Notes: a model not told the origin generated them from the letters alone. Shown: positions 28,884-39,413, numbered from the stretch's first letter. The stretch is 43,319 nt of DNA from a bacterium (GCA_041690355.1 JAWLHK010000030.1:1-43319); one strand, 5' to 3'. Numbers and translations: made by a program.

Positions 28884-29915
28884 CTATGCTTTCCCACCGG
28901 TCGGCAGGTCGTCGTGATCGTCGTCTCGTCTCGACCGCCCCCCTTGCGCCGTTCTCCCAAGGACATACCCGGAAATTCCACCGAGAAGTGTGCCCAAAGA
29001 GTTACTTTCAATCTTTCCGGCGAATCCGAGAACCAGGATTGTAGACGTCAAAAGGAAGATAGTAAAAATCTGCACCAGCAATCCTGAATTGAGGATGTAT
29101 TCCTGCGCGTTCCCCCTCCGATAAAACATCGGGACTATGATAAGGCTGATCATCGTAAGGGCAATGGCAGGAATGCCATAGGTGACCAGCGCTTCATCAA
29201 TCTGGGTCTGAGCCTTCTTCTTTTTTTCAAGCGCAGGATATAACAGGCGCAGATTGTTCTCGACCTCGACCAGCTCTTGGCGTTTGGCGTTCAGCCTCCC
29301 ACTAACCACTTCCAACTTCGACTTCAAGTAATTCTTCAGTTGCGTCCGCTTTGTGTTGAATGATGTGGGCGAAAGCGTGTCAAGTAGCGTGCGGAGTTCT
29401 TGCCGAGTTTCTTCGTTCAGGTCCGCATCCGGCGCCATCGGCAGATAGTTCTTCACAAGGATATCGGTACCATCAAAATCCATGTAGAGCTCGCTGCTGA
29501 TATCCTGTCGGAGTGTGGTCGGCTGAGGTCCTGGTGCGCCGTAGAAACCGCGCGGCATCAGCTCAGGTGCCACTGATCCGAGCTTCATGTTGAATTCGCC
29601 CATGATCTGAAAAATCGTCCCGATAGATTGATTGTCGATAGAACGTCCCACACGTTTTTTCAATGCGGAAAACGTCTTTTCCAGGCCACTCGGATAAGCG
29701 AGTTGATCTGTCCTGGCGATGGATGAAGCAATCGAATCTTTGATTTGCGAGAGAGCATCTATTTCGGCCTCAAGTCTCTTTTTCTTACCCTCCGCCGCAC
29801 TTATCCTCTGTGACAGTTCAGGCTCGCTCAGGTTTTCGAACGAGTCCTGGGCCCATGTCGGGTTTGCCACGAAAAGTCCAAGGGCCATGAGCGCAATACT
29901 GAGTCCGAATTTCAT
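28884..29915 (-). CDS. Hypothetical protein: signal peptide, coiled coils, C-terminal TM helices
   Basis: MKFGLSIALMALG..WAQD; heptad-rich segments; ends in hydrophobic helices with LGTLLGGISGYVLG. Confidence 0.7.
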   Translation of the reverse strand: MKFGLSIALMALGLFVANPTWAQDSFENLSEPELSQRISAAEGKKKRLEAEIDALSQIKDSIASSIARTDQLAYPSGLEKTFSALKKRVGRSIDNQSIGTIFQIMGEFNMKLGSVAPELMPRGFYGAPGPQPTTLRQDISSELYMDFDGTDILVKNYLPMAPDADLNEETRQELRTLLDTLSPTSFNTKRTQLKNYLKSKLEVVSGRLNAKRQELVEVENNLRLLYPALEKKKKAQTQIDEALVTYGIPAIALTMISLIIVPMFYRRGNAQEYILNSGLLVQIFTIFLLTSTILVLGFAGKIESNSLGTLLGGISGYVLGRTAQGGRSRRDDDHDDLPTGGKA

Positions 29916-29940
29916 GTCCGCTCCAAGAATCAAAGGTCTG

Positions 29941-32154
29941 TTACCCAATCGCCGCCGCCATGAAGTCGCTCCCCGCAGGGGCAACGTCAGGCTCCCTCTC
30001 CAGAGCGGCTGCGACCGACCAGTGTAGGATGGGGGCATCCTCAGGGGTCAAGCCCAGCACGGTGTGGTAGACCCGCCCGGCGGTGCCGTTGCTGAAGCTG
30101 ACCAGCGCCGCGGCGTTCGCCAGGGACCCTTTCGCCCCCGCAACTGCATGCGAATTTTTGGCATAGGTGATCCCCTCCGGCAGTTCCACATCGGCGCCAA
30201 GGAGGCGGACTCTATACTTCCACTCAGGTTCCCGTTCGGCAAGAAACCGGTTACCACCACGCCGCGCAACTTCGCACTTGAGCAGGGCCGGGGAGCCCTG
30301 GACAAGAACCTTCCGCTTGTCGTGACCGTTCACCCGGTAACCGACATGCCGGATGGATGCCCCCGGATTCTGCCAGCCTGCACGAAGGAAATCGTCCACC
30401 GATTCCGTGAACCAGGCGCGCATCAGGAATCCGCCGCCGCCAACGGTCGCGTTCTTCGCCGCGCTCGACGTGCACTGTATGAAATGTGCGCCGACGCCGG
30501 AGTGCGACCAGTAGTGCATATCCATGGTGTAGCTGTAATGGACATCACCCGAGAGAATCACGATCGGGTGCCGGGGGCTCCCGTATCGGGCAGCCGCTTC
30601 ACGTAGAAACTGCTCGAATCCCGATTCGCTCCCCGACCAGGGCTCGAAATCGAACAGGTATGGGCCCGCAAGGCTCCGAATCAGGTTCTGCCCGTCTTCG
30701 ATCATCTGGAAATTCAGGACTGGAGCGGGCGAAACCAGGATGGTGAGCCGCTCGCCGCTCACGTCGGGCAACTGGCGTCTTTCTCCGGCGTATGCACTTG
30801 GGTGGAGCAGCTGTGCGCCCTCTTCGCCATCGCGGAACCCACGCATGGTCCGTGTGTCGAGGACCACGATGCGGTGGCCGGGATAGTCGAGATGGTAGTG
30901 CCAATGCATGGCATGCGGGGGCTTGGGTAGCATCCCCTCGCTATCAAGACCGGATAGCATTTCCGCTCTGCCGCTGGTGTGCGGGACACCGAGCCGACTC
31001 GCCAGGTCTGCATCCGCAGACACGGCGCCCCGCGCGTCGATCCATGCCCGGGCGGCGCTCAACAGCCCCTGGCCGTCCCAAGACTCGTAGTCCGCGGGCT
31101 TATTGCCCCAATCCTGGAACAGCGCATAGGCAAGCATCCCGTTCTGAATCGTGCGCATCCCCATGGGCGCATCAAGAAGGGCCCGGCACCACTCCGCATC
31201 CAGATACCAGTCATCGGTGATCTCGTGGTCGTCGAAGATCATGTAGGAAGGGATGTTGGCCAGGAGCCGTCGAACCTTCGGCAGAGTGTCCTTGAACGCA
31301 CGAAGCGCCGTGCATTCCTCGTAGAAAGTCGATGGCGCTTCGCCCCCCTGATACACCGCCTCTGCCTTGGGGAGCGACTGCGGCCAGAGCACGTCCGACC
31401 ACGCGAAAAGGTACATCAGCGCGAATTCTTCGAAGAAGAGCAGGTGAGACTTCCGGGCGCCAGAATTCGCGGTCAGGCGGCAGAGCTCCCTCGTCATTTT
31501 CCCTCGCGCGCCCGGCCGCAGGGATGCCGGATCCAGCGTGACTGGAGCGGTTTCGGTCCATCCCAGAAGCGCGGTCGCGCGGTCACGAATCAGGTGAAGA
31601 AGCGCATCCGCCACGTCGTCGGCATAGATCTGATCGCCCGTCAAAAAAAGCTGCTGGGGGCGCGTCTCGTCGTCGGGACCGCCTTCAAGAACTCTGTCGA
31701 GATGCGCGAGCGCATCCGGCCAGCTCCCGTGCGGCTTCCTGCAGGACGCATGGGCCAGCCGGAGACCCGCCGCATCCGCGGCCGGAAGCCGGAACGCGGG
31801 ATAGGAGTGTCCAGGATACGCAAGGTCTACGGTGTATGTCGCCGAAGAAAGAACCCCCTCGGTGGCGAGTCTGCCCCGATCTCCAACCTGAACATCGTAT
31901 TCGTACAGGACGCCCGGCGAGAGAGGGTCACCGGTCGGCCGTGCTGTCACGACGACAAGCCACAGGTGATCGCCGATGCGGAATGGGCGACTCGGCGTGC
32001 TCGCCATGGCGACGTTCCCATCCGGGTCGAAAACCCGCAGGGTTACGGGAAGGTCTTCCTTCAGGGCCAGCCAGACGGAGACCGCATTGGCCTCGACGCG
32101 GCGAAGAATCGGTCCGGCGAGAATCAGGGGCAGGTCATCAAGGGTAACGCTCAT
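29941..32154 (-). CDS. PhoD-like metallophosphoesterase
   Basis: ASCRKPH, TGDQIYADD, IFDDHEITDDW, LDTRT, LSGDVH; no obvious Tat or Sec signal. Confidence 0.85.
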   Translation of the reverse strand: MSVTLDDLPLILAGPILRRVEANAVSVWLALKEDLPVTLRVFDPDGNVAMASTPSRPFRIGDHLWLVVVTARPTGDPLSPGVLYEYDVQVGDRGRLATEGVLSSATYTVDLAYPGHSYPAFRLPAADAAGLRLAHASCRKPHGSWPDALAHLDRVLEGGPDDETRPQQLFLTGDQIYADDVADALLHLIRDRATALLGWTETAPVTLDPASLRPGARGKMTRELCRLTANSGARKSHLLFFEEFALMYLFAWSDVLWPQSLPKAEAVYQGGEAPSTFYEECTALRAFKDTLPKVRRLLANIPSYMIFDDHEITDDWYLDAEWCRALLDAPMGMRTIQNGMLAYALFQDWGNKPADYESWDGQGLLSAARAWIDARGAVSADADLASRLGVPHTSGRAEMLSGLDSEGMLPKPPHAMHWHYHLDYPGHRIVVLDTRTMRGFRDGEEGAQLLHPSAYAGERRQLPDVSGERLTILVSPAPVLNFQMIEDGQNLIRSLAGPYLFDFEPWSGSESGFEQFLREAAARYGSPRHPIVILSGDVHYSYTMDMHYWSHSGVGAHFIQCTSSAAKNATVGGGGFLMRAWFTESVDDFLRAGWQNPGASIRHVGYRVNGHDKRKVLVQGSPALLKCEVARRGGNRFLAEREPEWKYRVRLLGADVELPEGITYAKNSHAVAGAKGSLANAAALVSFSNGTAGRVYHTVLGLTPEDAPILHWSVAAALEREPDVAPAGSDFMAAAIG

Positions 32155-32282
32155 CGTAACGCTCTTCTCAGAATTGCGGGGAGTTAGAAACGCTACCAAA
32201 TTGAAGCGTGCCTGTCGATACCATGAATTGGGTATATTGCCGGCACTAGGCAGCCCTGCTTCCTGCCCCCACGCAATATCGC

Positions 32283-32312
32283 TTGACAACCCCTCCCCAT
32301 CCGGACTAGGCT
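32283..32312 (+). promoter_or_regulatory. Possible sigma70 promoter
   Basis: TTGACA-18-TAGGCT upstream of an AAGGAGG RBS and ATG 32361. Confidence 0.45.
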
Positions 32313-32360
32313 GCACGCGATCGAAGCGTTGCCGAACCCTAGTCTTGAAGGAGGCTCCCC

Positions 32361-33011
32361 ATGAAGCGTGGACCCACCGCGAAGGCCGGCAAAGTGGCCC
32401 GGCAGGCCGTCGAGAGCGAGACGGCCGCGGAGTACTATCCCCCCGATCACCCGCGCGTCGCCTCGCTGGCGGCGAAGATCGAAACCCTGCAGCTGCAGAA
32501 GAACCGGGACGAGGTCGAGACCGTCGCGGAACTGGGCAGCCTGCTCGAGAAGGCCCGCGACTTGCTCGGCCCGGCCTTCACCGAGTGGATCGAGGAACGC
32601 GGCCTGAGCCGCCGCACCGCGTACAACTACATGGGGGTGTCTGCGCTGGCGGCGGCGCGCCCCGACCTGCTGCGCGACTGGAAGGAGATGGGCGCGAGCA
32701 AGTTCTACATGCTGACCCGCGTCGCCGCGAACCGCTGGGACCGCATCCTCAAGCCCGAACACCAGGAGAAGATTCTGCGCATGACCGATGTGGAATTCTT
32801 CCGCCTCGTCGACAAGCAGCGCGGCCGGCGGCCCGAGGCGACCCCCATCCAGCTGGCGAACGGCTATCGCTCCCGGTTCCGCACGTGGCGCGAGCACCTC
32901 GACGGCTTCGAGGCCTGGGTGAAGGAGAGCGACGAGGTCCCCGCCGGCCTGGTCGAGGAGTACGTGGCGCTGCGCGCGCGCATCCTCGAACTCGACGCCT
33001 TGCTCGCGTGA
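32361..33011 (+). CDS. DUF3102-like protein
   Basis: ELGSLLEKARDLL..FTEWIEERGLSRRTAYNYM; strong RBS; high GC3. Confidence 0.7.
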   Translation: MKRGPTAKAGKVARQAVESETAAEYYPPDHPRVASLAAKIETLQLQKNRDEVETVAELGSLLEKARDLLGPAFTEWIEERGLSRRTAYNYMGVSALAAARPDLLRDWKEMGASKFYMLTRVAANRWDRILKPEHQEKILRMTDVEFFRLVDKQRGRRPEATPIQLANGYRSRFRTWREHLDGFEAWVKESDEVPAGLVEEYVALRARILELDALLA

Positions 33012-33042
33012 CGGGCACTCCTGCTTCCGCATCGGTTTTCGG

Positions 33043-33066
33043 ACGGGGCCTGCGGGCCCCGTTTTC
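33043..33066 (+). terminator. Possible intrinsic terminator
   Basis: Stem ACGGGGCC/GGCCCCGT, 4-nt loop, short T run. Confidence 0.45.
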
Positions 33067-33184
33067 GATCCGGGGGGCCGCCGCAAACCTATCACTTCGA
33101 CCCCCTGTTTTCTAATGATTTCAGATACCTCCAATTGTGCAATTAATTGCACAATCGGGTCGGTAGGGTACCCCGCGGGCGGTC

Positions 33185-33560
33185 ATCGGACGTCGGACCC
33201 CCCATCCGCTTCGCTACGGGGGGCAATGCGTCTGACTTCGGTAAAATCCCTCAGAAGCCGCATCGGTTGCAGTTTGCTCCCCTGGGGGAGCCATGGTTCA
33301 CGAAGTGCACAAGGTGGGGGCCCGAAGGGGTTCGCAGGCCCATGCAGCAATGGATGCTCCCCCGGGGGAGCCCTGATTCACGAAGTGCACAAGGTGGGGG
33401 CCGCGGCAGCGGAATAGCTCGTGATCAAGGGGCGCCCTCTCGCTGTCGCGGGCGCGCTGCTCCCGCCGTCAGCTCGAGACGAACGGGTTCTGCCATTTGC
33501 GATTTGCCATTCGCGGAGCGCCGGTTTGCTCCCCGGGGGAGCCATGGCTCACGAATCTGG
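33185..33560. repeat. Composite palindromic intergenic repeat
   Basis: Same modules as 1170-1560 (partly inverted) and 41270-41585. Confidence 0.8.
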
Positions 33561-33624
33561 ACAACTGTTGTCCGCCCCATGGTCTATGCTGTGGGCCACA
33601 CAACACTACACCCAGGGAGGCCAC

Positions 33625-33921
33625 ATGCTGAAGTCCATCCTTCTCGCCCTTCTGTTCCTTGCCGTCACGGCCCAGACCGTTTACGCCTGTCGCTTCACCA
33701 CAGACTGTGCCGTCGGTTCAACGTGCGTAAAGCAGGACTACGCCTTGAACGGCGTGTGCGTCGGTGGACTGAAGCCCGGGAATGATGGCGACAGGCGCCC
33801 GGTATACAACCCCGGCAACCGCCGGGACTCTATCGGAAAGACATGCAGCTTCGACCTCGACTGCGGCATCGGACGGGCCTGCATAAAAGAGGGTGGCGCG
33901 ATCAAAGGGGTCTGCATGTGA
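33625..33921 (+). CDS. Small secreted cysteine-rich protein with two 4-Cys repeats
   Basis: GGGAGG RBS; signal peptide ending VYA; CRFTTDC..C..GVC and CSFDLDC..C..GVC. Confidence 0.8.
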   Translation: MLKSILLALLFLAVTAQTVYACRFTTDCAVGSTCVKQDYALNGVCVGGLKPGNDGDRRPVYNPGNRRDSIGKTCSFDLDCGIGRACIKEGGAIKGVCM

Positions 33922-34032
33922 ACCGGCCGGGCGCGATCTCATGGACCCTGCGGCCGCTACCCCGGCTGGGTTGAGCACACCTGGCCGGAATGCTAAGCTT
34001 AGCCGTTGCCCTGCGATACATGGAGGAGGAGC

Positions 34033-36219
34033 ATGGTGAAGTCACTGAAACGCATAGATCAGGGTCGGGATCGACTCTGCCCGCGGTGTGGCTACAGGGG
34101 CGAACCCATGCGGGTACGTGCATGGTATTTTCTGGGCGCCATTCCCGCGTTTCTGCTGCACTCGGTCGCAGGCTATCTGTGGTTTGCGTTTCTCCTCTGG
34201 TTGGACCATCGCTGCCGCGGATGCCGCCGCGCGCGGATGCGCGTGAATCCCGTGACGCCCCGCCTCGAACCGAACGAGCGGATTCATGTCTGGCTGCACG
34301 GGAAGGATGGAACGATGCGTTCGTCATTCGCGGTGACCGCCCGGCGCATCTTCGTCGTTGACTGGCTCCTCGAGCCCGCGGTCGAAGAAATGCCGTGGGA
34401 AGACGTGATCGCCGTTCAGGTCGACAATCCCGATGGGGAACCCGCGCTGCGCATTGAGTCGAATGAAGACGTGCTCGAGCTCACGCACGTGCACAGCCCG
34501 CTCGCCCTCGCGATCCTGCGGGCTCTGCTCCCGCAGTCCGTCTCCGCGCATCCGCAGAGTCGACTGCCGCAGTCTCTACTGGCGATGATCGAAGGTCCCG
34601 CCGTTGATGAAAACGCCGAGCCGCCGGAGCCCCAGGTCGAGGCGCCGGGGCCAATCGAGTTCGTGCCCCTCCGACCACCCAAACGGGTCGACAGCCCCGC
34701 TAAAGGCAGCCTTCGCCGCCACTGGGACGGCGACAACTCCCTCGCCTACGCGTACTGGGTGGTCGGCAGTCTCCTGGGATTCGCAATTTCGAAGGCCGGC
34801 GAGCTGCTCAATCTTTTGGATTGGTCGGCGTACCGGTTGACCGCAGGCATGATAATCGGTTACTGGATTCTGCTGTTGGCCTTCGCCATCTGGAGCCCCG
34901 TCGGCACGTGGCGATCGGCCACGCGCTATATCCGCACCGGCCTTGGGGTCTTCTGGCCTCGCGTCGCGCAGGTGATGCTCGTCCTCGGGGCGCTGATGTG
35001 GGCCTGGGTCATCCCTTCTGTCGCCATCCCCCAGTGGAAGGAGCATGTTTCAATCCTCTTCAGCGATCAGTCCTCGCTGTATACGATTCGCCCCCTTCGC
35101 GATGGCTTGGAAATCGAACTGAAGGGTGGCATCGCGTTCGGCGTGGCCGATGCGTTTGCTCGCGTCCTCGCCAGCTATCCACAGGCCGTAACCGTCCATC
35201 TGTCGAGCGACGGCGGTCGCATCTCCGAGGCACGTAAGCTCTTTGACCTTATCCAAAGGTCGAAGCTGGATACTTACGTGCCGAAGTACTGCGCCAGCGC
35301 ATGCACGATCGTGTATTCGGCAGGCAGAACGCGCCTGCTCAAAGAAGGCGCCCGGCTGGGTTTCCATCAAGCGTCGTTTCCGGGCGTCAGCTATGCCTTC
35401 ATGAAAAGCGAGGATGACGCCGACGGCCGTCGCTTCAAACAGCAGGGGGTCACCGCTGCGTTTGTCGACAAAATTCACACGCTGCCTGCAGACGACATGT
35501 GGCACCCTTCGGAGTACGAACTGACCTCTTCCGGCTTGGTCCACCAGATGGTCAGCGGCTTCGATCTCGCCTGGTCGGAGATGGATCCCGCCACGGACGA
35601 TCTGAAACTCGAGAGCTGGCTGCTCACAGACAAGCTCATGCAGGTGGTGCATGAGAACGCGCCAAAGGAATTCGCGGATGTACTGAAGGCGGTCAAGCAC
35701 GCGGTACGCCGAGGTTCTTCTCAGGCCGAGCTGTGGAATGACGTGTACCGGCTCTTGTCGATCGAACGGATGCGCCGCATGCCGTTCGTGGACCCGGAGA
35801 TCGTGCTGGAGTTCGTGGCCCTTCAGCAGGATATTCTGCCCGGGCTTCTCGAGCGGTCTCCCCATGACTGTCTGGCCTACGCGAACCCGGTGCATTGGGG
35901 GCGTCGCAATCCGCACCGCTGGTTCAACCGCGAACTCTGGTGGGATAACGAAACGAACCTGTCGCTCACGTTTCAGTCTGGATATGAGGCACATGAAAAA
36001 ACGCCGGGCGATCGCCTGACGAAGCGCCTCACCTTCGAGGATGGTACCTCTCTGTTTTCGGTCGGTCTGGGCGACTCGGCAGAGCGAATCACAGCGGCCT
36101 GCAGACAGTGGGGCACGCTGTACGTGGGCCTGCAGGCCCTGGAAACCGGGGACGCTGTCCGGGCCGCACGCGTCATCACTGCCCGGTGGTCCGAGACGCT
36201 GGGCCAGGAAGGAAATTAG
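34033..36219 (+). CDS. Multidomain membrane protein with zinc-ribbon motifs and a ClpP/crotonase-like (COG3904-type) domain
   Basis: GGAGGAGGA RBS; CPRC and CRGC; TM helices; HLSSDGGRI..CASACT..LGFHQ. Confidence 0.7.
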   Translation: MVKSLKRIDQGRDRLCPRCGYRGEPMRVRAWYFLGAIPAFLLHSVAGYLWFAFLLWLDHRCRGCRRARMRVNPVTPRLEPNERIHVWLHGKDGTMRSSFAVTARRIFVVDWLLEPAVEEMPWEDVIAVQVDNPDGEPALRIESNEDVLELTHVHSPLALAILRALLPQSVSAHPQSRLPQSLLAMIEGPAVDENAEPPEPQVEAPGPIEFVPLRPPKRVDSPAKGSLRRHWDGDNSLAYAYWVVGSLLGFAISKAGELLNLLDWSAYRLTAGMIIGYWILLLAFAIWSPVGTWRSATRYIRTGLGVFWPRVAQVMLVLGALMWAWVIPSVAIPQWKEHVSILFSDQSSLYTIRPLRDGLEIELKGGIAFGVADAFARVLASYPQAVTVHLSSDGGRISEARKLFDLIQRSKLDTYVPKYCASACTIVYSAGRTRLLKEGARLGFHQASFPGVSYAFMKSEDDADGRRFKQQGVTAAFVDKIHTLPADDMWHPSEYELTSSGLVHQMVSGFDLAWSEMDPATDDLKLESWLLTDKLMQVVHENAPKEFADVLKAVKHAVRRGSSQAELWNDVYRLLSIERMRRMPFVDPEIVLEFVALQQDILPGLLERSPHDCLAYANPVHWGRRNPHRWFNRELWWDNETNLSLTFQSGYEAHEKTPGDRLTKRLTFEDGTSLFSVGLGDSAERITAACRQWGTLYVGLQALETGDAVRAARVITARWSETLGQEGN

Positions 36220-36263
36220 TTACACTTGCGGAACCGGTTGTTTGCTCCTCGGCAGAGGGTGAT

Positions 36264-37178
36264 CTAGCCGTGGGGCGGCACGACCCTTCGCCTCTGTTCC
36301 GCTTCGGAACCTTCTGGGCGTTCTCCCAGGAGGCGAAGAAATGCTGCAGCGAGAATGAGCAGGGGCCCGCCTACCACGAGTAATTCAAGCCAGCTTGTGC
36401 TCGGCAGGTCATCCAGACCGACAATGTCACGGATGCCGGCGATCGAGATGACCGTGGCTGCTACAGAAGCCACGCTCGAAATTGCGCGCGCTTCCTTTCC
36501 CGGCGCATTGAGCTGGAATACGGCAACCCCCAGAAGAAGCAGAAAGACCAGGGCGCTTGTCAGAATAAGAACGCGCTCGACGAGGGGTCGCTCAAGCAGA
36601 ACATAGAGATCCTGCGGACGATCGCTCGCCAGGCTCAGCTCTCGCCCAGGAAAGTCTTTTTGCACCAGATATCGCGCAGGCTGCAGCATTCCGCCGGAAG
36701 TTGAAACACGCAGGTCCACTTTCGCAGCGTGAGCGTCGAATGGATAGTCCGCAAGCAGAGAGAACGTAGGCAGGATGAATCGAGCCGTCTCGGCAAGGTA
36801 GCCTCGCTTGACGCGTTGTGCATCATCCGAATTCAGGGACACCACAAGGGGAAGTGGTAGCGTCCCCGAGGATTCCGTCAGCGTCGCGCGGACGGTTTCG
36901 CCCTGGGCGATCCCGTGGGTCACTTCCGGGTCATCAATCCATAGTTGGAGGCTCGCCTCGACACCATTCTGTTCGGGAGCGATGCGATGCAGAACCAACG
37001 CCAGCGTCACCCCCTGTTTTCCCACCGTGCCTGCCGCCCAGACCGCCTGCCTGCTTCGCGCGGTGACATCGCTGTTGGCAAGCGGGAGCCAGATGGCCAG
37101 GAGAATGCTCCACAGACCTACGAGGATCAGAAGGGCCGCGCTGGTATGCGTGATGAGTTTGTAGCTTCGCCTCAGCAT
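36264..37178 (-). CDS. Hypothetical membrane protein (DUF4436-like)
   Basis: N-terminal TM, beta-rich domain with DYPFD, three C-terminal TM helices. Confidence 0.55.
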   Translation of the reverse strand: MLRRSYKLITHTSAALLILVGLWSILLAIWLPLANSDVTARSRQAVWAAGTVGKQGVTLALVLHRIAPEQNGVEASLQLWIDDPEVTHGIAQGETVRATLTESSGTLPLPLVVSLNSDDAQRVKRGYLAETARFILPTFSLLADYPFDAHAAKVDLRVSTSGGMLQPARYLVQKDFPGRELSLASDRPQDLYVLLERPLVERVLILTSALVFLLLLGVAVFQLNAPGKEARAISSVASVAATVISIAGIRDIVGLDDLPSTSWLELLVVGGPLLILAAAFLRLLGERPEGSEAEQRRRVVPPHG

Positions 37179-37284
37179 TATGCCAATGACCTTTCGACAC
37201 CGCGGCTAGAGTGAAGAGCCACGCGTCGAAGAGTATCCCCTAAGGGCCGCGAGCACGCAAGAATCTTCGTGACGATCGTGCGTC

Positions 37285-38540
37285 CGGCTCCCCCCGTGGG
37301 AGCCATGGTTCACGATGCGCACAAAGTGAGGGCCGCGCCGGCGGGCATTGCCCCCCGTAGCGCAGCGGATGGGGGGTCCGCTCCGACGCCGCCCGTGCAC
37401 CCTCGTCCTTCACGGCATGCGGCGAGCGTGCAAACGCTTCGGCATCCTGTGAAACGAGCCTGGCGGGCCGTGCGCAAGTGCACCAGGATAGCCCCCTCGC
37501 TCCTGCTCGGGGGGACAGTGCCTCCACGTTACGCATGGCCTCCGGCGGCGGTGAAACCAGCTGCGCGAAGGACGACTCGCTCGCGCCGTACCGGCGCTCC
37601 CGAGCCCGGGGGGAATGATTCCGCACGGCGTGGCGTAGTCTCAAGAATGCGACCCCGCCGGGGTCGGAGCACCATGCGTCCCCTGCCCACTCCCCCTTCG
37701 GGGGAGTCCTGCGACGCAGGATTCACAAGGTGGGGGGCCGCGCCGGCGGGCATTGCCCCCCGTAGCGCAGCGGATGGGGGGTCCGCTCCGACGCCGCCCG
37801 TGCACCCTCGTCCTTCACGGCATGCGGCGAGCGTGCAAACGCTTCGGCATCCTGTGACAAGCCTGGCGGGCCGTGCGCAAGTGCACCAGGATAGCCCCCT
37901 CGCTTCCGCTCGGGGGGACAGTGCCTCACGTACCGCATGGCCTCCGGCGGCGGGTGACATCGGGCACGCGAAGGACGACTCGCTCGCGCCGTACCGGCGC
38001 TCCCGAGCCCGGGGGGAACGATCCCGCACCACGCTTGCTGCGGCTGGCGCCGCGGCTAAGGGATGCGACCCCGCCGGAGTCGGAGCACCATGCGTCCCCT
38101 GCCCACTCCCCCTTCGGGGGAGTCCTGCGATGCAGGATTCACAAGGTGGGGGCCGCGCCGGCGGATCCGCTCCGACGCCGCCCGTGCACCCTCGTCCTTC
38201 ACGGCATGCGGCGAGCGTGCAAACGCTTCGGCATCCTGTGAAACAAGCCTGGCGGTCCGTGCACAAGTGCACCAGGATAGCCCCCTCGCTTCCGCTCGGG
38301 GGGACAGTGCCTCCACGTTGCGCATGGCCTCCGGCGGCGGTGAAACCAGATGCGCGAAGGACGACTCGCTCGCGCCGTACCGGCGCTCCCGAGCCCGGGG
38401 GGAACGATTCCGCACCACGCTTGCTGCGGCTGGCGCCGCGGCTAAGGGATGCGACCCCGCCGGAGTCGGAGCACCATGCGTCCCCTGCCCACTCCCCCTT
38501 CGGGGGAGTCCTGCGACGCAGGATTCACAAGGTGGGGGCC
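37285..38540. repeat. Tandem array of ~3 copies of a ~390-415-bp composite repeat
   Basis: GGCCGCGCCG anchors at 37331, 37736 and 38151, ending ~38540; copy 3 lacks the GCATTGCCCCCCGTAGCG module. Confidence 0.92.
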
Positions 38541-38598
38541 GGGTCCTTCCTGCGCCGACGTCCGGCGTCCGGCGTCCGATGACCGCGCGCGCAGCGCG

Positions 38599-39000
38599 CT
38601 ACCCCACCATCTCCCCCTCGCCGCAGCGGCAGAGCCGGTTTCCGTTCGCGGCGCGCGGATGGGTTTCGAGGCAGCCGTGACAGACGCCGCGCCGGCAGGC
38701 CGTGCAGAAGGCGAGGTTCTCGTACTTCCACGTCCAGCCGCAGGAGCCTCCGCACTCCTCTTTTCCGCGGAAGAGGGCAGCGTAGCCGGTGCCGAGGCGC
38801 TCGCGGCAGGCGGTGAGAAAGGCCTGGGCGATGGCCGAGAGCCCCTCGGCCTTGCCGCCGGGACTGGAGGACCACCACCAGGCGACGAGAAAGGTCCAGT
38901 CCTGCCAGAGCAGGTCCGGGTTCTTTCCCGCAGCGGCCCAGGCGGCGGCGCGGTCTTCGATCTGCGAGCGGATGCGGACGGGGTGGGTGTTCGGTTCCAT
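38599..39000 (-). CDS. Small hypothetical protein with Cys-rich zinc-finger-like C-terminus
   Basis: GGAGG RBS; CGGSC, CTAC, CHGC, CRC. Confidence 0.65.
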   Translation of the reverse strand: MEPNTHPVRIRSQIEDRAAAWAAAGKNPDLLWQDWTFLVAWWWSSSPGGKAEGLSAIAQAFLTACRERLGTGYAALFRGKEECGGSCGWTWKYENLAFCTACRRGVCHGCLETHPRAANGNRLCRCGEGEMVG

Positions 39001-39177
39001 GGAGTCCTCCGGAAACGGACGTCGGGTGACCGTCATGCAGCATGACGGCACGCCAACCGGACTCCTGCCCCGCGGGTCCAAGGGGAAGGACGGGTGCGAT
39101 TTCCCTCCGCACGGGAGGGCACGTGGGAACAGTCTAGCCGAGCGGATGGACAGACGCTGTCGCGGCTGGGTCCTGTT

Positions 39178-39290
39178 GCGCACACCCCCTGTCTTCCCCT
39201 TGGAGGGGGACCCAATACAGAGCGATATCACGCCGGCGTGAAGGCGAGAACGCATCGATTCCCGCTTGCTCCCCCCGGGGAGCCCTCGGT
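39178..39290. repeat. Dispersed ~110-bp repeat (second copy at ~41183-41290)
   Basis: CACACCCCCTGTCTTCCCCTTGGAGGGGGACCCAATAC..GCATCGATTCCCGCTTGCTCCCC nearly identical in both copies. Confidence 0.85.
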
Positions 39291-39413
39291 CACGTGGTGC
39301 ATAGCATGGGGGTCGCGGCAGCGGGCCCTTCCAAAGCTCATGCAAGCGCCCTTTTTTGGTTTTTTCTTCGCCCCCCCGTCCCCCACTCCCCCACTCTCCC
39401 ACTCCGCGTGAGG

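Noticed and set aside
37269-38680. ORFs of 200-437 aa in the tandem array (also ORFs in 1-345, 9537-10688 and 40697-41835)
   Set aside because: Translations of GC-rich repeats, Pro/Arg/Ala-biased, with frames not preserved between copies
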